Notes: a model not told the origin generated them from the letters alone. A stretch of DNA of 64,000 bases from a candidate division FCPU426 bacterium (GCA_963847625.1 CAWKAR010000034.1:1-64000), one strand, 5' to 3'. Shown: positions 11,199 through 22,183, counted from the stretch's first letter. Numbers and translations are program-made.

Positions 11199-13574
11199 TT
11201 ACCTCAAGACAATGACTTTTCGGACGGTATGGCCATTGGGCTGCTCTAGGACGATGAAGTAAACACCGTTTCCAACAATGACACCGTCATTGTTCTTTCC
11301 ATTCCAGGAAGAGCGGTAGTTACCAACGCTCTTATTTTCGTCCATGATTTTCTTCACTTCCTCCCCGGGCAAATTGAAAATGGTGATCTTGACTTTGCCC
11401 GCCTGATCCACGCGGACTTCCATCCCCAACTGAGACTGGTTCGGATTAAAGTAGTTCACATCCAGGTAAAGATCCGCGTTCGGAGTGGGTGTTGAAGTTG
11501 CCGATGTGGTCAAGGTCGGCGACAGGGTTATCGTCGCCGTTGGAGACAAGGTATAAGTTTCAGTCGGCGATTCTGTGGGTGTATTGGTCACCGTAGGATT
11601 GGCTGTTTGCGTGGCTTGCGCCTCAGCGGTCTGCGTAGCTAGTACCTGCTCAGTTGCCGTAGGCGCCGTGGTAGCCGTATTAACCGCTGTGGCCGTCTCA
11701 TTAGCCTGAGTAGTCGCTGTAGGAGCTTCAGTGGCCGTGTTAACCGCTGTGGCCGTCTCATTAGCCTGAGTAGTCGCTGTGGGAGCTTCAGTGGCCGTGT
11801 TAACCGCTGTGGCCGTCTCATTAGCCTGAGTAGTCGCCGTGGGAGCTTCGGTGGCCGTGTCAACCGCGGTTGCGGTCTCATTAGCCTGCTCAGTTGCCGT
11901 AGGTGCCTCGGTAGCCGTGTTAACGGCGGTCGCGGTTTCATTCGCCTGTTCAGTTGCTGTGGGACCTGTTGTGGCGGTCATATTTGCGGTCGGCGTATTG
12001 GTCAGGGTGTTGGTGAACGTTAATGTGTTAGTGGGTGAATTAGTCGGGGTATTCGTCGGCGTCATAGTAGGCGTAAACGTGATCGTGAGTGTTGGGGTCC
12101 GCGTCGGGGTGAGCGTGATCGTCGGAGTATTCGTCACAGTGTTGGTGGGTTGGCAGTTCTGCCCCTCAACCTCAACCGCCAGCATTGTCATGTCAACGGC
12201 GGAAGAACTAGTGTAAGTCACGGAATAATTTCCAACCGCCGTTACCGGCAAGTCATCCAAGTCATCCCCTATGGCGTCGGTGCCCAGGGAATTTTGCAGC
12301 CACCGCTGGGTCCCGCTTTGGGTGATGGTGAAGTTGCCGGTTTCCTGGAAAAGGCCCACTATTGCGCCGTCAACCGCCTGTGTCGTTATCGTAACCTGGC
12401 CGCTAAGAGTGGGAGTTGTAACGGCATTCGAGGATACCGCCCCAATAGGCGTGCTTTGATTGACTCCCGTGTACACTACCGCCCCGACGTAAGCACTAAC
12501 GGCACCCGAAAAAATCACGGTGATAGCGTCCGTGCTGGCGGCGGGATTATTTGCGTAATAGACTTCGAGCCTGTCATTATTGACGATGGACTGGTTTTGC
12601 CCAGCCAAAATAAAGGTATTACCCTGGGAATCGCTTATCGAATGGACGGTTACGGACGAGCTCTGCAAGGCGATTTGAACAAGCAACAATCTATTCGTGC
12701 CGGCCACGGCTAGGCCGGATAGGCTCAAACTGGAAACGTTGTTGCCCGCGGTGGAAGAAACAACGGCCTCGTAAACGGGACAGTACGGCGTAGAAGTAAT
12801 GGTGGGCGTGTCCGTCGAGGTAGGAGTCGGGCTGGGTGTGGAGGTACTCGTTGGCGTCGGGGTGGGTGTGACCGTCGGGGTATTCGTCGGCGTCGAGGTA
12901 CAACTATCCCCGGAAACCACGATAAAGTTATTGACGGAACCCGAATCCGGCGTGGTTGAGTCCGCGGCCACGCAAGCAATTCCGACGTAATAAGGGTAAC
13001 CCATGGTGACACTTTGGGTGTTGACGGTGGTCCAAGTCGCGTCATCGGTCGAAAAAGAACCAGTAAAAACGCTCGCCGCCCGGGAGAGTTGTACATAGCA
13101 AGGGAATGTGGCCGGGACACCAGAATCCGTTTGTTGACTGCCGGCACCCGACGTGGTCCTCCACTTATAAAGATAATCAATGCTATAAGAAGCAAAAATA
13201 CACGCGAAACTATCGTTAGCATTAAGACTATTCCTCATCATGATTCCGATTTTTCCATTACCATTCAACGCAGGTACGGAGTCAATCTTAAGAGTGATAT
13301 CCGCGTCACTGGACGCCACCTGGTAAATAAATCGGAATGAATCACTTGTTGCGCCTGTCGTGATATTGTTGTCCTCGCTGGTGATGGTAAGGGCGGTGCC
13401 TTCCGTTTGGGAACCGGCCGCGTTCGCATTGATGTCCACCGCCGTCCAAAAAGGCGCCAAAGAGCCTTCGTTTAAATTATCGCTGTATAGACATTGGGCT
13501 TGCGCGGAGATGAGGGCTTGGGTAAGGAACTCGAAAAAAAACATTAAAATAAATATAGATTTTCGAATGTGCAT
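11199..13574 (-). CDS. Secreted protein: ConA/DUF1349-like beta-sandwich, second beta domain, Thr-rich repeats, C-terminal FlgD-Ig/T9SS-like domain
   Basis: Signal peptide; DSFRFIYQ...[11 protein letters not shown]...[19 protein letters not shown] beta-sandwich pattern; TPT linkers; C-terminal IFNLPGEEV...WNGKN...GNGVYFI...RKVIVLR. Confidence 0.8.
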   Translation of the reverse strand: MHIRKSIFILMFFFEFLTQALISAQAQCLYSDNLNEGSLAPFWTAVDINANAAGSQTEGTALTITSEDNNITTGATSDSFRFIYQVASSDADITLKIDSVPALNGNGKIGIMMRNSLNANDSFACIFASYSIDYLYKWRTTSGAGSQQTDSGVPATFPCYVQLSRAASVFTGSFSTDDATWTTVNTQSVTMGYPYYVGIACVAADSTTPDSGSVNNFIVVSGDSCTSTPTNTPTVTPTPTPTSTSTPSPTPTSTDTPTITSTPYCPVYEAVVSSTAGNNVSSLSLSGLAVAGTNRLLLVQIALQSSSVTVHSISDSQGNTFILAGQNQSIVNNDRLEVYYANNPAASTDAITVIFSGAVSAYVGAVVYTGVNQSTPIGAVSSNAVTTPTLSGQVTITTQAVDGAIVGLFQETGNFTITQSGTQRWLQNSLGTDAIGDDLDDLPVTAVGNYSVTYTSSSAVDMTMLAVEVEGQNCQPTNTVTNTPTITLTPTRTPTLTITFTPTMTPTNTPTNSPTNTLTFTNTLTNTPTANMTATTGPTATEQANETATAVNTATEAPTATEQANETATAVDTATEAPTATTQANETATAVNTATEAPTATTQANETATAVNTATEAPTATTQANETATAVNTATTAPTATEQVLATQTAEAQATQTANPTVTNTPTESPTETYTLSPTATITLSPTLTTSATSTPTPNADLYLDVNYFNPNQSQLGMEVRVDQAGKVKITIFNLPGEEVKKIMDENKSVGNYRSSWNGKNNDGVIVGNGVYFIVLEQPNGHTVRKVIVLR
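11646..11962 (-). repeat. About 5 tandem 60-bp coding repeats (TAT[E/T]QANETATAV[N/D]TATEAP)
   Basis: TTAGCCTG at 11701, 11761, 11821 and 11881, and TTCGCCTG at 11941 (period 60). Confidence 0.92.
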
Positions 13575-13871
13575 TTTTGACCCGGTGACGAGGATATTTA
13601 TCTTAATTATATCAGCTTATTTTAAATTTGCCGGTAGGAGTAAGGAGTGGATTCCATGGTAGTTATTATCGGTAGAGAGGTTTGAATGAAGAAAACATGG
13701 TAAGTGCTTATATAAATGCGGTGAAAAAATCAAAAAAACGCTTTTTTTTGAAAATCTAAAGTCAATTTTACTTTAGAACCTGTTGCATAACCCATTTTTG
13801 GCTTTTCTGTTACATAATTCAAATAAATCAGAAGAGTCCAGACGATCAAAATGAATGAATGGCATTCCAGT

Positions 13872-14897
13872 TCATTTCATTTTTTGGATGGGAACTTCGA
13901 TTTTCCAGGTTCCTTCCTTTTTGGACAACTTGAAACCTTTCTCGAATTTTTCGGAATGTCCCCCCTTTTCTTTCCGGGTCAGGGAAAAGATGGCCGTGGC
14001 ATAGTCGCCATTGATGATTAATCCCGAGAGTTCAGCTTTCAACTCAGTTGTTTTCGGATCCCCCAAGGTCGCCTGTTGGTACCAAGCATTCCATTGTGGC
14101 AACTCGGGATACATCTCATCAAAAAAAACGTTGAAGCTGGCGAGATCCCGGCTTTCCAGCGCCTGGCAAAAATCCTCGGTGAACCGCCTGAGTTCAAACC
14201 GCTCCACGGAGATGCCCCGGGATCCGATCGGCGTGAACCAATGGATTTGGGTCAGGCACACCTCCAACTGCTTCAAGAGCTTCTTCCCTTTTTCCGAATC
14301 CGCCTGGTTCTGGGCTATTACCACATGGGCCTCAATCAACAGGTCCTCCCGGTTGAGGACCCATTCCTCGTCGCACCAAGCCTTTTTTTTCGAATCCTCC
14401 AAGTGGAAGGGGATTTCATACCAGGGATTTGAGTCGGATGTCTTCCATGAAACCATGGGCTCCTTCCGAAGGACCTGGTATTGCCGGCTTTTCAGGTCCT
14501 GTTCGATGTCGGAAGCCCAGGTTTTCACGGTAAATTCAGGCGTGGAACCTCGTAATTGGACAGAAAAACGGGCCAGTAATATTTTGGAGGGATCCAGGAA
14601 CCGGGCAACCTCATCTACTTCCTGGTCCGCGGAAAGTTTCGCGAAAATCCATTTTTGCGGGAAGGGAAAACCGAAACCGTAATCCACCTGGACATATTGA
14701 TCCCCATAAACCCCGCTGTCGGAACCTGGGGCCAGGGGTAGGGTATTTTGCTTATATTGGGGTTTGGACCGGCAGCTGCCCGAGAGAACTAAGACCCCTA
14801 AAAGAAAAAACACCGCCGGGCGGCGGAGAATTCGTCCCGCCATTCGGGAAACACCCGAGTTTAGAACCTTGTTGGCGGCTTCCGGTTTGATTTTCAC
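13872..14897 (-). CDS. Hypothetical lipoprotein, possibly with an NTF2-like C-terminal domain
   Basis: Lipobox-like FFLLGVLVLSGSC; C-terminal INGDYATA...FKLSKKEGTWKI; overlaps the moxR stop. The true start may be MAGRIL at 14843. Confidence 0.65.
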   Translation of the reverse strand: MKIKPEAANKVLNSGVSRMAGRILRRPAVFFLLGVLVLSGSCRSKPQYKQNTLPLAPGSDSGVYGDQYVQVDYGFGFPFPQKWIFAKLSADQEVDEVARFLDPSKILLARFSVQLRGSTPEFTVKTWASDIEQDLKSRQYQVLRKEPMVSWKTSDSNPWYEIPFHLEDSKKKAWCDEEWVLNREDLLIEAHVVIAQNQADSEKGKKLLKQLEVCLTQIHWFTPIGSRGISVERFELRRFTEDFCQALESRDLASFNVFFDEMYPELPQWNAWYQQATLGDPKTTELKAELSGLIINGDYATAIFSLTRKEKGGHSEKFEKGFKLSKKEGTWKIEVPIQKMK

Positions 14898-15883
14898 GGT
14901 ACTGGCACCTTGTTGAGGATCTGGCCGATGATCCCATCGCTGGTGAGGTTTTGGGCTTCCGCCTCGTAAGTCAGGATCAACCGGTGACGCATGATTTCCG
15001 GGGCAAGGGCCTTCACGTCCTCTGGGATGGCGTATCCCCTTCCGCTTAAAAAAGCGCGGGCCTTGGCGGCCACGGTCAGCCCCATCGAGGCCCGTGGACT
15101 GGCCCCGTACTCGATGAGGGATGAAAGTTGGGCCAACTGGTAAGCCCCGGGGTTCCGGGTGGCAGTGACCAAATGAACGACGTAATCCTTCAGGGTCTCG
15201 CTGACGTAGATCCCGTCCACGACCTTCTGCGCCTTCAAGATGGCCTGCGCGGACAGGACCTCGTTGACCTTGATCACCGTACCGGTGGTCATGCGGGTGA
15301 CGATCTCCTTTTCATCCTCGAAGCCGGGATAACCCACGAATATCTTCATCAAGAACCTGTCCACCTGCGCTTCCGGCAGGGAATAGGTTCCCTCGTGCTC
15401 GATGGGATTCTGCGTGGCCATGACGAAAAAGGGCTCATCCAGCTTGAAGGTGTCCGGCCCGATGGTCACTTGGTGTTCCTGCATGGATTCCAGCAGGGCC
15501 GACTGCACCTTTGCGGGGGCGCGGTTGATTTCGTCGGCCAGAACGAGGTTGGCGAAAATGGGCCCTTTTTGCGTCTTGAAATCGCCCTTGGCCGGCATGT
15601 AAATACGGGTCCCGACGAGGTCGGAAGGCAAAAGGTCGGGGGTGAACTGGATTCGGCTGAAGGTGACGCCCAGCGTTTCGGCGAGCGTCCGGACAGCCAG
15701 GGTCTTCGCCAAACCGGGAAGGCCTTCCAAAAGCAGGTGTCCCCTCGTCAGGAGCCCCAGGAGAAGTTTTTCCAGGAGATCCTCCTGGCCCACGATGACT
15801 TTTCGGACTTCCTCCCGGGCCTTCTGGAACTGCTCGCTGAGCCGTTGTGCTTCCTGGGTAAGTTCCTCGTTCTGGTTCGCCAT
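14894..15883 (-). CDS. moxR: MoxR family AAA+ ATPase
   Basis: GHLLLEGLPGLAKT, RIQFTPDLLPSD, LADEINRAPAKVQSALLE, ATQNPIEHEGTY.LPEAQ.DRF, GASPRA. Confidence 0.96.
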   Translation of the reverse strand: MANQNEELTQEAQRLSEQFQKAREEVRKVIVGQEDLLEKLLLGLLTRGHLLLEGLPGLAKTLAVRTLAETLGVTFSRIQFTPDLLPSDLVGTRIYMPAKGDFKTQKGPIFANLVLADEINRAPAKVQSALLESMQEHQVTIGPDTFKLDEPFFVMATQNPIEHEGTYSLPEAQVDRFLMKIFVGYPGFEDEKEIVTRMTTGTVIKVNEVLSAQAILKAQKVVDGIYVSETLKDYVVHLVTATRNPGAYQLAQLSSLIEYGASPRASMGLTVAAKARAFLSGRGYAIPEDVKALAPEIMRHRLILTYEAEAQNLTSDGIIGQILNKVPVP

Positions 15884-15939
15884 TTCTTTCTCCTTAATTT
15901 TGTACCGCGAAATCGCGGAGTTCGTGATGCGTTTTTATC

Positions 15940-16920
15940 CTAATTTTTCGTGACTTTGGGAAGCAATGCCGAGCAAAGGGAGCGTAAATTGTCCCGGCCC
16001 GTCAAGTTGCCGTCGGCGTATAAGACCCGGTCACAAGTTCTCAGGCATTTCTCCGCAGCTTCCATTTCATTGTTCGTGAGCTTGTGTTTTTTCAATTCCG
16101 AAAATATTTCCTCGGTCGTGAAGTCAACCGCGGGAAATCCATGGCTGTATTGGAGGCATTCCCTCACTAGGGCGGAAAGGGCCAGGCAAAAATCCTTGGA
16201 CGAAAGCTCCTCGTTTGAAAGTTTCCGCCAGGAATCCCTCAATTGGGCGTCCACGCCCAGGGGGCGTGGCACGGTCCCCTTCTGGATGGGTTTGTTAAAT
16301 TGCCTCCAAATGAACCACGTAATCAAAACCAGGATGACGATCCAAAGGACGGCCTTTAAAACATTATGGGATTCATCCAAAAGCGGTTTGATCCCGTGAA
16401 GTTCCTCGTCCGTTGGAGGGGGGGACGCGGGGGAAGGGCTGGCTTGATTTGGGTCCGGAGAAGGTTCTTTCTTTTTTTTAAAGAATGAAAAACCGCTCTT
16501 CTCCACCACCGTTACGTTTACGACATTGGATTTCAATTCCCTTTTCTGGCCTTGGGGGTCCTGGTAAATCAGGATGGCCGGCCCCAGGGTTTCGGAACCG
16601 GATTTGGTGGCCTCTAAATGTAGTTTGGTGGTGGAAATTTGCGCAGTCTGCTGGTTGATGATGGTCACCTGGGTCGACGAGGAAGTGCCGTTGATTTGGA
16701 AACGCTCGGGAGTGGGCAAGGAAGGTTCTTGAAAGGACGAACCGCCGGTATTGCCGACTTGTTTGTACTCAAGGGATACGGTCAGGCTCTCCCCCACCTC
16801 AACCTGGCGCTTGTCCACTTCCATCCTAAGGCCCAGTTCTTCCTGTTGTTGGGCCCTGGAAAACCAGGGGTAAAGGAATGTCAGGAATAAAGCGGAGTAA
16901 AAAATCAGCCTGCTTTTCAA
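15940..16920 (-). CDS. BatD-like protein (one BatD domain, TM helix and helical cytoplasmic domain)
   Basis: VDKRQVEVGESLTVSL...SSSTQVTIIN...GSETLGPA BatD pattern, a TM segment, then L...YG.PA..FTTEEI. Probable TTG start at 16920 after an AGAGGGGG RBS. Confidence 0.75.
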   Translation of the reverse strand: MKSRLIFYSALFLTFLYPWFSRAQQQEELGLRMEVDKRQVEVGESLTVSLEYKQVGNTGGSSFQEPSLPTPERFQINGTSSSTQVTIINQQTAQISTTKLHLEATKSGSETLGPAILIYQDPQGQKRELKSNVVNVTVVEKSGFSFFKKKKEPSPDPNQASPSPASPPPTDEELHGIKPLLDESHNVLKAVLWIVILVLITWFIWRQFNKPIQKGTVPRPLGVDAQLRDSWRKLSNEELSSKDFCLALSALVRECLQYSHGFPAVDFTTEEIFSELKKHKLTNNEMEAAEKCLRTCDRVLYADGNLTGRDNLRSLCSALLPKVTKN

Positions 16921-17015
16921 CGAACGCCCCCTCTTTAAATTTATGGAACCTTGTTCCAAAAACAAGGCGGGTATTTTACCCGTCTTTTGATTCTCGTTAA
17001 ACTTCCAAAGATACA

Positions 17016-17927
17016 TTACCAATCCTCCTCCACCTGATTATTGCTTTGGTTCGGTTTGCCGAAAAAGCGCCGCATGAACTCCTGTTGTTCCCGTGGCAGG
17101 AAGTTCCACATGTTTCCTTGTCTTTGCTGGTCTTTCCTGGGGTTCGCTGAATAGTATTGCTGGGTTTGTTCCTCCTGCTTCTGTAGCTTCGAAAATAACT
17201 CCTGTATTTGTTTGTCGTTCATTCCGAGCTCTTTTTTTGCTTCCTGCCTTTTTTGTTGGTCCTCCCGGTTCTCCCTTGAAATCTTTTCCTGGTCATTCCC
17301 TGGGCTCGGCTGATTTTGTGGCTGATTGTCCTTGGGGGAAGAATCCGGTTTTTTTTGTCCCTGCTGGTTGTTTGGATTTTTCTCCCTGTTATCGGCCTGG
17401 TTTTGTTGATCAGATTTGTTTTGCTGATTCTGTTGTTTATCCTTTTTCTTCGACTGCTGTTCTTCCTTCTTTTGACGGCTTTTATCGGATTTGGGGTTAT
17501 CCTTCAACTTCTTTTGGGCCAATTCCATGTTGTGTTTGGCATCCAGGTCCTTGGCGTCTAATTGCAAAGCCCTCTGGTAAGCATCAATGGAATCCTGATA
17601 ATGATCCTGCCGGAAAAGCGTGTTTCCAAGGTTGTACCATCCCTGTTCCAATCCGGGCCGCGCTTGGATAGCCTGTTCAAATGCCTTTTGCGCCTCTTCG
17701 TATTTTCCCAACTGGTAGAGTGAATTTCCCCAGGCATAGGCATTCTCGGCGTCGTCAGGAGATTTTTGTGCTTTCTCGCCGAAATATTTTTCGGCCTCCT
17801 GGAAGTCCTGCCGTTCGTAGGCTTTCCTTCCGTCGGTAAGGGTATCCGCCCCCATCGGCCGTGCTGATAACCAAAATGAAGCCATCGCCACGGTAAAAAA
17901 TATCCCAAAACAAAAAATCTTTGTCAC
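17016..17927 (-). CDS. BatC-like TPR protein with Gln/Lys-rich tail
   Basis: AYAWGNSLYQ, WYNLGNTLFR and AKHNMELA TPRs; low-complexity Q/K tail ending in EEDW. Confidence 0.85.
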   Translation of the reverse strand: MTKIFCFGIFFTVAMASFWLSARPMGADTLTDGRKAYERQDFQEAEKYFGEKAQKSPDDAENAYAWGNSLYQLGKYEEAQKAFEQAIQARPGLEQGWYNLGNTLFRQDHYQDSIDAYQRALQLDAKDLDAKHNMELAQKKLKDNPKSDKSRQKKEEQQSKKKDKQQNQQNKSDQQNQADNREKNPNNQQGQKKPDSSPKDNQPQNQPSPGNDQEKISRENREDQQKRQEAKKELGMNDKQIQELFSKLQKQEEQTQQYYSANPRKDQQRQGNMWNFLPREQQEFMRRFFGKPNQSNNQVEEDW

Positions 17928-17943
17928 TTATTCATGTCCCTTC

Positions 17944-18933
17944 CTATAAAATCGAAGAAAGAATCAGGGTGGCCGCGGTAAAAGCTCCGAGAGCCGGCGA
18001 GAGTTCCTCCCGCCTCATGGCTCCTTTGTCCTTCATCATGGTCTTTTCCAGGCGATCCAAACGATCCCCGATGGAAGACAGGCTCCGTTCGCTCTCGCCT
18101 TGGATATATGTCCCTCCCGTAATCGAGGCGATCTTTCTAAGGTTCTCCTCGTCCAAATGGCTGATATGGATATTCCCATCCCGGTCCCTCTTGAATATGG
18201 CCTCGCCCCAAAAGGAAGCGCCGTCCGGGATGGGGCGCCCCTGGGGTGTTCCAATCCCGACCGCGACGACCGGGACGTTTCTTTCATTGGCCTCTTTGCA
18301 AGCCTCGGGCAATATGGCGGACCCCTCGGTGATTTCACCGTCGGTGATCAACAAAATAGCCTTCCCTCTTTTTTTCATATCGTCCTTGTCAAAAGCGGTA
18401 AGGGCCGTTCGAATGGCTTCGCCGATATCCGTTCCCCCGCGGTCCACCGCATCCGGGTCCGCTTTGCTTAAAACCAGGGATACCGCCTCCAGGTCCAGGG
18501 TCAAAGGCACCTGCACAAGTGCTTGACCGGCGAATATGACCAATCCAATCCGGTCCCCATTCCTCCCTTGAATCCAATTAATCAGGGCTTTTTTAGCCGC
18601 CTCCAAGCGGTTGGGAACCATGTCCTGAGTCAACATGCTCTTTGAAACATCCAGAACAATCATGACATCCACACCCCGCAGGTTCAGATCCTCGGGAATG
18701 AGTTTTCCCTGCAAACGTCCCGCTCCCAATAGGCAAAGAAACAGGCCCAAAAGGAGCAGGCATCCTTTAACCACCCGGCGAACCCAAACCGCAAGGGGAG
18801 CCAGGATGAGGTTATGGTATCCCAGTGTTTCTAAATTCCGCCGGTCGCGCCCCAAGGTATAAAAGGCCAAGGCAAATCCCGCCAGAAACAGGAGAAAAAG
18901 CGGCCAGAACCAGTTCATATTTTCTATATTCAT
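17944..18933 (-). CDS. BatB-like VWA domain membrane protein
   Basis: MIDAS DVSKSM; D..PNRL; DRIGLVIFAG...PLTLD; LITDGE; VGIGTPQGRPIP. Confidence 0.88.
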   Translation of the reverse strand: MNIENMNWFWPLFLLFLAGFALAFYTLGRDRRNLETLGYHNLILAPLAVWVRRVVKGCLLLLGLFLCLLGAGRLQGKLIPEDLNLRGVDVMIVLDVSKSMLTQDMVPNRLEAAKKALINWIQGRNGDRIGLVIFAGQALVQVPLTLDLEAVSLVLSKADPDAVDRGGTDIGEAIRTALTAFDKDDMKKRGKAILLITDGEITEGSAILPEACKEANERNVPVVAVGIGTPQGRPIPDGASFWGEAIFKRDRDGNIHISHLDEENLRKIASITGGTYIQGESERSLSSIGDRLDRLEKTMMKDKGAMRREELSPALGAFTAATLILSSIL

Positions 18934-19001
18934 TTAATCCCCAAAAATCTAAAAATGGATGTTGGCCTCTGACTCTTTAAAGGCCAACCGTCCAATTGAC
19001 A

Positions 19002-20108
19002 TTATGGTAATGTCCTCAACACGGTCGTTCCTAAGCCCAAGTCCAACGCCAAAAGGAAAAACGCTACCAGGAGAAAATTGGAAGCCAATTCGTTATATTC
19101 CCAATGGGTTGTCACGGAAACTTCCCTTTTCTCCAATTTCGCGATTTCATCCAAAACTTCTTGCAAGGCGCGATTATCCGTGGCGGCGTAGGCTTTTCCA
19201 CCTGTTATTCGGGCGATTTCCCGTAAAGTAATCATATCGACCGGATCTTGCATGACAATTTCCCCGGTCCGCTGATCAATGAATGGCCCTATATGGCCGT
19301 CAGGATATCGCCCCATCATGGGCGTTCTTTTACTGCTTCCCATTCCAATCGCGTAAATTTTGACGCCCTGGCTTGCGGCGATCTTAGCCGCCTGGAACGG
19401 ATCCACCATGCCGCAATTGTTTTCGCCGTCCGTCATCAGGATGATGGCTTCATGGTTCGGCACTTCCGGTTTTTCATCGGTTTTACCACCCAGCCATTTG
19501 GAAAGTACTGGAGATTTATTAGCTCCCGCTTTCAACGCGCCTTTTTCCCCCTCTTTAAGGCGGTTGAGGCTGGAAACCAAGGCGTCACCGATGGCTGTCC
19601 CATCCAGCTTCACGGAAGAAACGTCCACGCTCTCCAGGAGCTTTTTCATGATCTGGACATCCTGGGTCAAGGGACACTGGGTGAAACTAATGCGGGCGAA
19701 AACGGTCATCCCCACCCTCGCGTTTTGAATCTTATCCAGGAATTCCGCGAGGAGCTTTTTTGCCGCCGTCACGCGGTTGGGTTTTAGATCCTGGGTGATC
19801 ATGGAACCTGATACGTCAAAGGTCACCCAAAGATCGGTGACTTCCTTTTTTTCCTCCACCTTTTTTTGTCCCGCTTGGGGCCTCGCGGCCGCGACGATAC
19901 AAAGAAAAATCACGAGAAAACGAAGGAGCCAGGGAAACCATTGCCCCGCGATGACCCCTGGGGTTTTTTCCACCAGGCGCGGATTTCCGATGAAGAAAGT
20001 GGTATGTTTGGCCCGAGAGGCGAAAAAGAAAAGTACCAGGCAAATAGGCAAAACCGGCAGCCAGTAAAGCCAAACCGGATTGGCGAAATGAAAACCCTGC
20101 AAATCCAT
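19002..20108 (-). CDS. BatA-like VWA domain membrane protein
   Basis: F.FANP.WL start, AAARPQ, DVSGSM...DLKPNR, DGTAIGDAL, LMTDGENN.G; C-terminal TM ending RTLP. Confidence 0.9.
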   Translation of the reverse strand: MDLQGFHFANPVWLYWLPVLPICLVLFFFASRAKHTTFFIGNPRLVEKTPGVIAGQWFPWLLRFLVIFLCIVAAARPQAGQKKVEEKKEVTDLWVTFDVSGSMITQDLKPNRVTAAKKLLAEFLDKIQNARVGMTVFARISFTQCPLTQDVQIMKKLLESVDVSSVKLDGTAIGDALVSSLNRLKEGEKGALKAGANKSPVLSKWLGGKTDEKPEVPNHEAIILMTDGENNCGMVDPFQAAKIAASQGVKIYAIGMGSSKRTPMMGRYPDGHIGPFIDQRTGEIVMQDPVDMITLREIARITGGKAYAATDNRALQEVLDEIAKLEKREVSVTTHWEYNELASNFLLVAFFLLALDLGLGTTVLRTLP

Positions 20109-20199
20109 TCACAGTCTCCTAAAAAAATATTAAACCTGGTTTTCTAATACAAAAAAGGAGTTGTCTTCCTGGGTGTCCTTTTTAAATTTAAAACCGCCT

Positions 20200-21081
20200 T
20201 CACCTTCTGCCCATCCGTTCCATCCTCTTCCTGAAAAAGTTCATCAAGGGGGGAATCACGTTGTCCCCCGCCTTGAGTTCCAGCCGGTCCACTCCCTTGG
20301 CCACCAGGGCTTTCAACTGGCCCTCGCGGAATTCGAAAGCTTTCCGAAAGGCCTCCTGGGACCGGGGCGAGAGGTATCCCACACGGCCCGTTTCCGGGTC
20401 CCTGACCGCGACCCGGGCCGGAAGGACGAATCCCTCCTCCATGGGGTCCTTGATGACCGCGGCCAGCATGTCGTGGCGCCGGGCCAGGACGGTCGCGGAC
20501 TCCATGGGGATGGGCTCGGTAAAATCGGAAACCAGAAAAAGCACGCTTCGCCTTTTCAAGACCTTGGTCAACATTTGGAAAGCGGGGCGGAAGTTGGTCA
20601 TCTTTCCGGCGGGCTTGAACTCGATGAGTTTCCTCAGGACCGACATCGTGGCGCCCTTCCCCTTTTTGGGAGTGACGTAGTATTCCACCCGGTCGGTGAA
20701 TACCATGAGCCCGACCCTGTCCTGGTGCCGGACCGCGGCGAAGGCCAGGATGGCGCAAAGCCGGAGGGCTGTTTCCCTTTTGCTGTGGGTCCCGGTTCCG
20801 TACCAAAGGGAGGCGGATAAATCCACCGCCAGGATGATCTGGAGTTCCCTTTCCTCCACGAAAGTCTTCACGAAGGGTGCATTCAAACGGGCGGTGACGT
20901 TCCAATCGATGGTCCGGTAATCGTCCTCGGGCGTGTATTCCCGGACCTGGTGGAACTCCAGGCCCTGTCCCTTGAAGGTGCTTTTATAGGAACCCTTTAA
21001 GAGGGTATCCACCGCCCCCCGCGTGACGATTTCCAGGCGGCGGACTTCATGAAGGATGGAAAGAGGATCGGTAGGTTTCAT
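20200..21081 (-). CDS. DUF58 domain protein
   Basis: G.Y.S.FKGQGLEF.QVREY...DD.R.IDWNVTAR, VKTFVEERE, DRVGL, FLVSDF. Confidence 0.93.
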   Translation of the reverse strand: MKPTDPLSILHEVRRLEIVTRGAVDTLLKGSYKSTFKGQGLEFHQVREYTPEDDYRTIDWNVTARLNAPFVKTFVEERELQIILAVDLSASLWYGTGTHSKRETALRLCAILAFAAVRHQDRVGLMVFTDRVEYYVTPKKGKGATMSVLRKLIEFKPAGKMTNFRPAFQMLTKVLKRRSVLFLVSDFTEPIPMESATVLARRHDMLAAVIKDPMEEGFVLPARVAVRDPETGRVGYLSPRSQEAFRKAFEFREGQLKALVAKGVDRLELKAGDNVIPPLMNFFRKRMERMGRR

Positions 21082-21150
21082 GTGGTTTTAGACGATTTTC
21101 CCGTCAAATGGTGTCGAGCATGGGAGCCGAGGAGTTTTCGAGGGCCTCTG

Positions 21151-21483
21151 TCAGGTTTGGCGTTTAATCAGCCATCTGGGGATAAAACGGAAGAGGAGAA
21201 CGAAAACCAATCCGAGTCCCACCGCGATCACGAAATTAATCTTTAGCGCTTTCAAGGAATCCAAGCCGTAGTAATTCTCGATGGAGTTGTAAACCCCCCA
21301 AAAAAACCAGATGACGGGCCCGGCAAACGCTGAAATTCCGGCTTGGGCCCAAACCCTCCGCCGTTCCCCCGGGGGGGATTTCCGGGAAAGGTAAAAACCG
21401 GCCGCAAGACTGGCAAGCGTGACCGCCACGGAAAGGAACAAAACGATCATTCCCGCTTGTTCCTCGGTGATCAGTTCCTTCAT
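21151..21483 (-). CDS. Hypothetical membrane protein (3 TM)
   Basis: Three hydrophobic segments; GGAG RBS; co-oriented with the bat operon. Confidence 0.65.
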   Translation of the reverse strand: MKELITEEQAGMIVLFLSVAVTLASLAAGFYLSRKSPPGERRRVWAQAGISAFAGPVIWFFWGVYNSIENYYGLDSLKALKINFVIAVGLGLVFVLLFRFIPRWLIKRQT

Positions 21484-21561
21484 CTCCAAAACCTCCCTAA
21501 AAACCAGCTGACTGCCATGGATTGTCGTTTATCGGTTATAGGCTAACAGTTCGAAGTGGTT

Positions 21562-21744
21562 TTAAGAGCCGAAAAAATTGGGAACGGCCCAGAGCAAGAC
21601 CGATAAAAACATGAGGATGGTCCCCCCCAGCATGATCAAGGCCCAGAGAGTATCCTGCGGTTTGGGTGAAGAGTCGGACTTCCAAAGCCCCATGTTAAAA
21701 AGAACATATCCCGCGACGATTCCTAAAATCCATCCTGGTGCCAC
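21562..21744 (-). CDS. Small hypothetical membrane protein (2 TM)
   Basis: GGAGG RBS before GTG; two hydrophobic helices. Confidence 0.55.
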   Translation of the reverse strand: MAPGWILGIVAGYVLFNMGLWKSDSSPKPQDTLWALIMLGGTILMFLSVLLWAVPNFFGS

Positions 21745-21837
21745 AAAGACCTCCAGTTAAATGAGATTTTTAAGGCTTTGTGCTTCTTCCTAAGTTTGCG
21801 CCATCAATCGAAAATTAACTGTAAAGTAAAAAATCCC

Positions 21838-22149
21838 TTAATGGTTCTCCATCGGGCAAGTTTTAGCGTCCCCACAAGCCCCGCAGGAGGATTCGGTTAA
21901 TACGGCCGGCTTAGACACCGGCTTTGCCTCCGGCTTGGGTTCTGACTTGCCTTTCGATTTGGACGGCTTTGATTTTTTATAATCGTTTTGGTAAAAACCC
22001 GAGCCCTTCAGTACGAAACCAATATTGGCTGAAATAAGCCGTTCAACCTTTGTCCCGCAAGTCGGACAAACCACAAGGGCATTATCCTTGATGGATTGCC
22101 ATATTTCAAAGTGCCCGCATTTTGGGCAGTCATAATCGTAAGTCGGCAT
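21838..22149 (-). CDS. FmdB-family zinc-ribbon protein
   Basis: MPTYDYDCPKCG.FE..Q.......CPTCG...RLIS...FVLKGSGFYQNDY. Confidence 0.9.
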   Translation of the reverse strand: MPTYDYDCPKCGHFEIWQSIKDNALVVCPTCGTKVERLISANIGFVLKGSGFYQNDYKKSKPSKSKGKSEPKPEAKPVSKPAVLTESSCGACGDAKTCPMENH

Positions 22150-22183
22150 TTAACTACCTCTCCCCTATGCATTGTGTGTATTA

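Noticed and set aside
20144..20905. 253-aa alternative-frame ORF, and long antisense ORFs at 26712-28112, 45953-47176 and 15128-15943
   Set aside because: They overlap well-supported conserved genes, carry no motifs, and are expected from high GC3.
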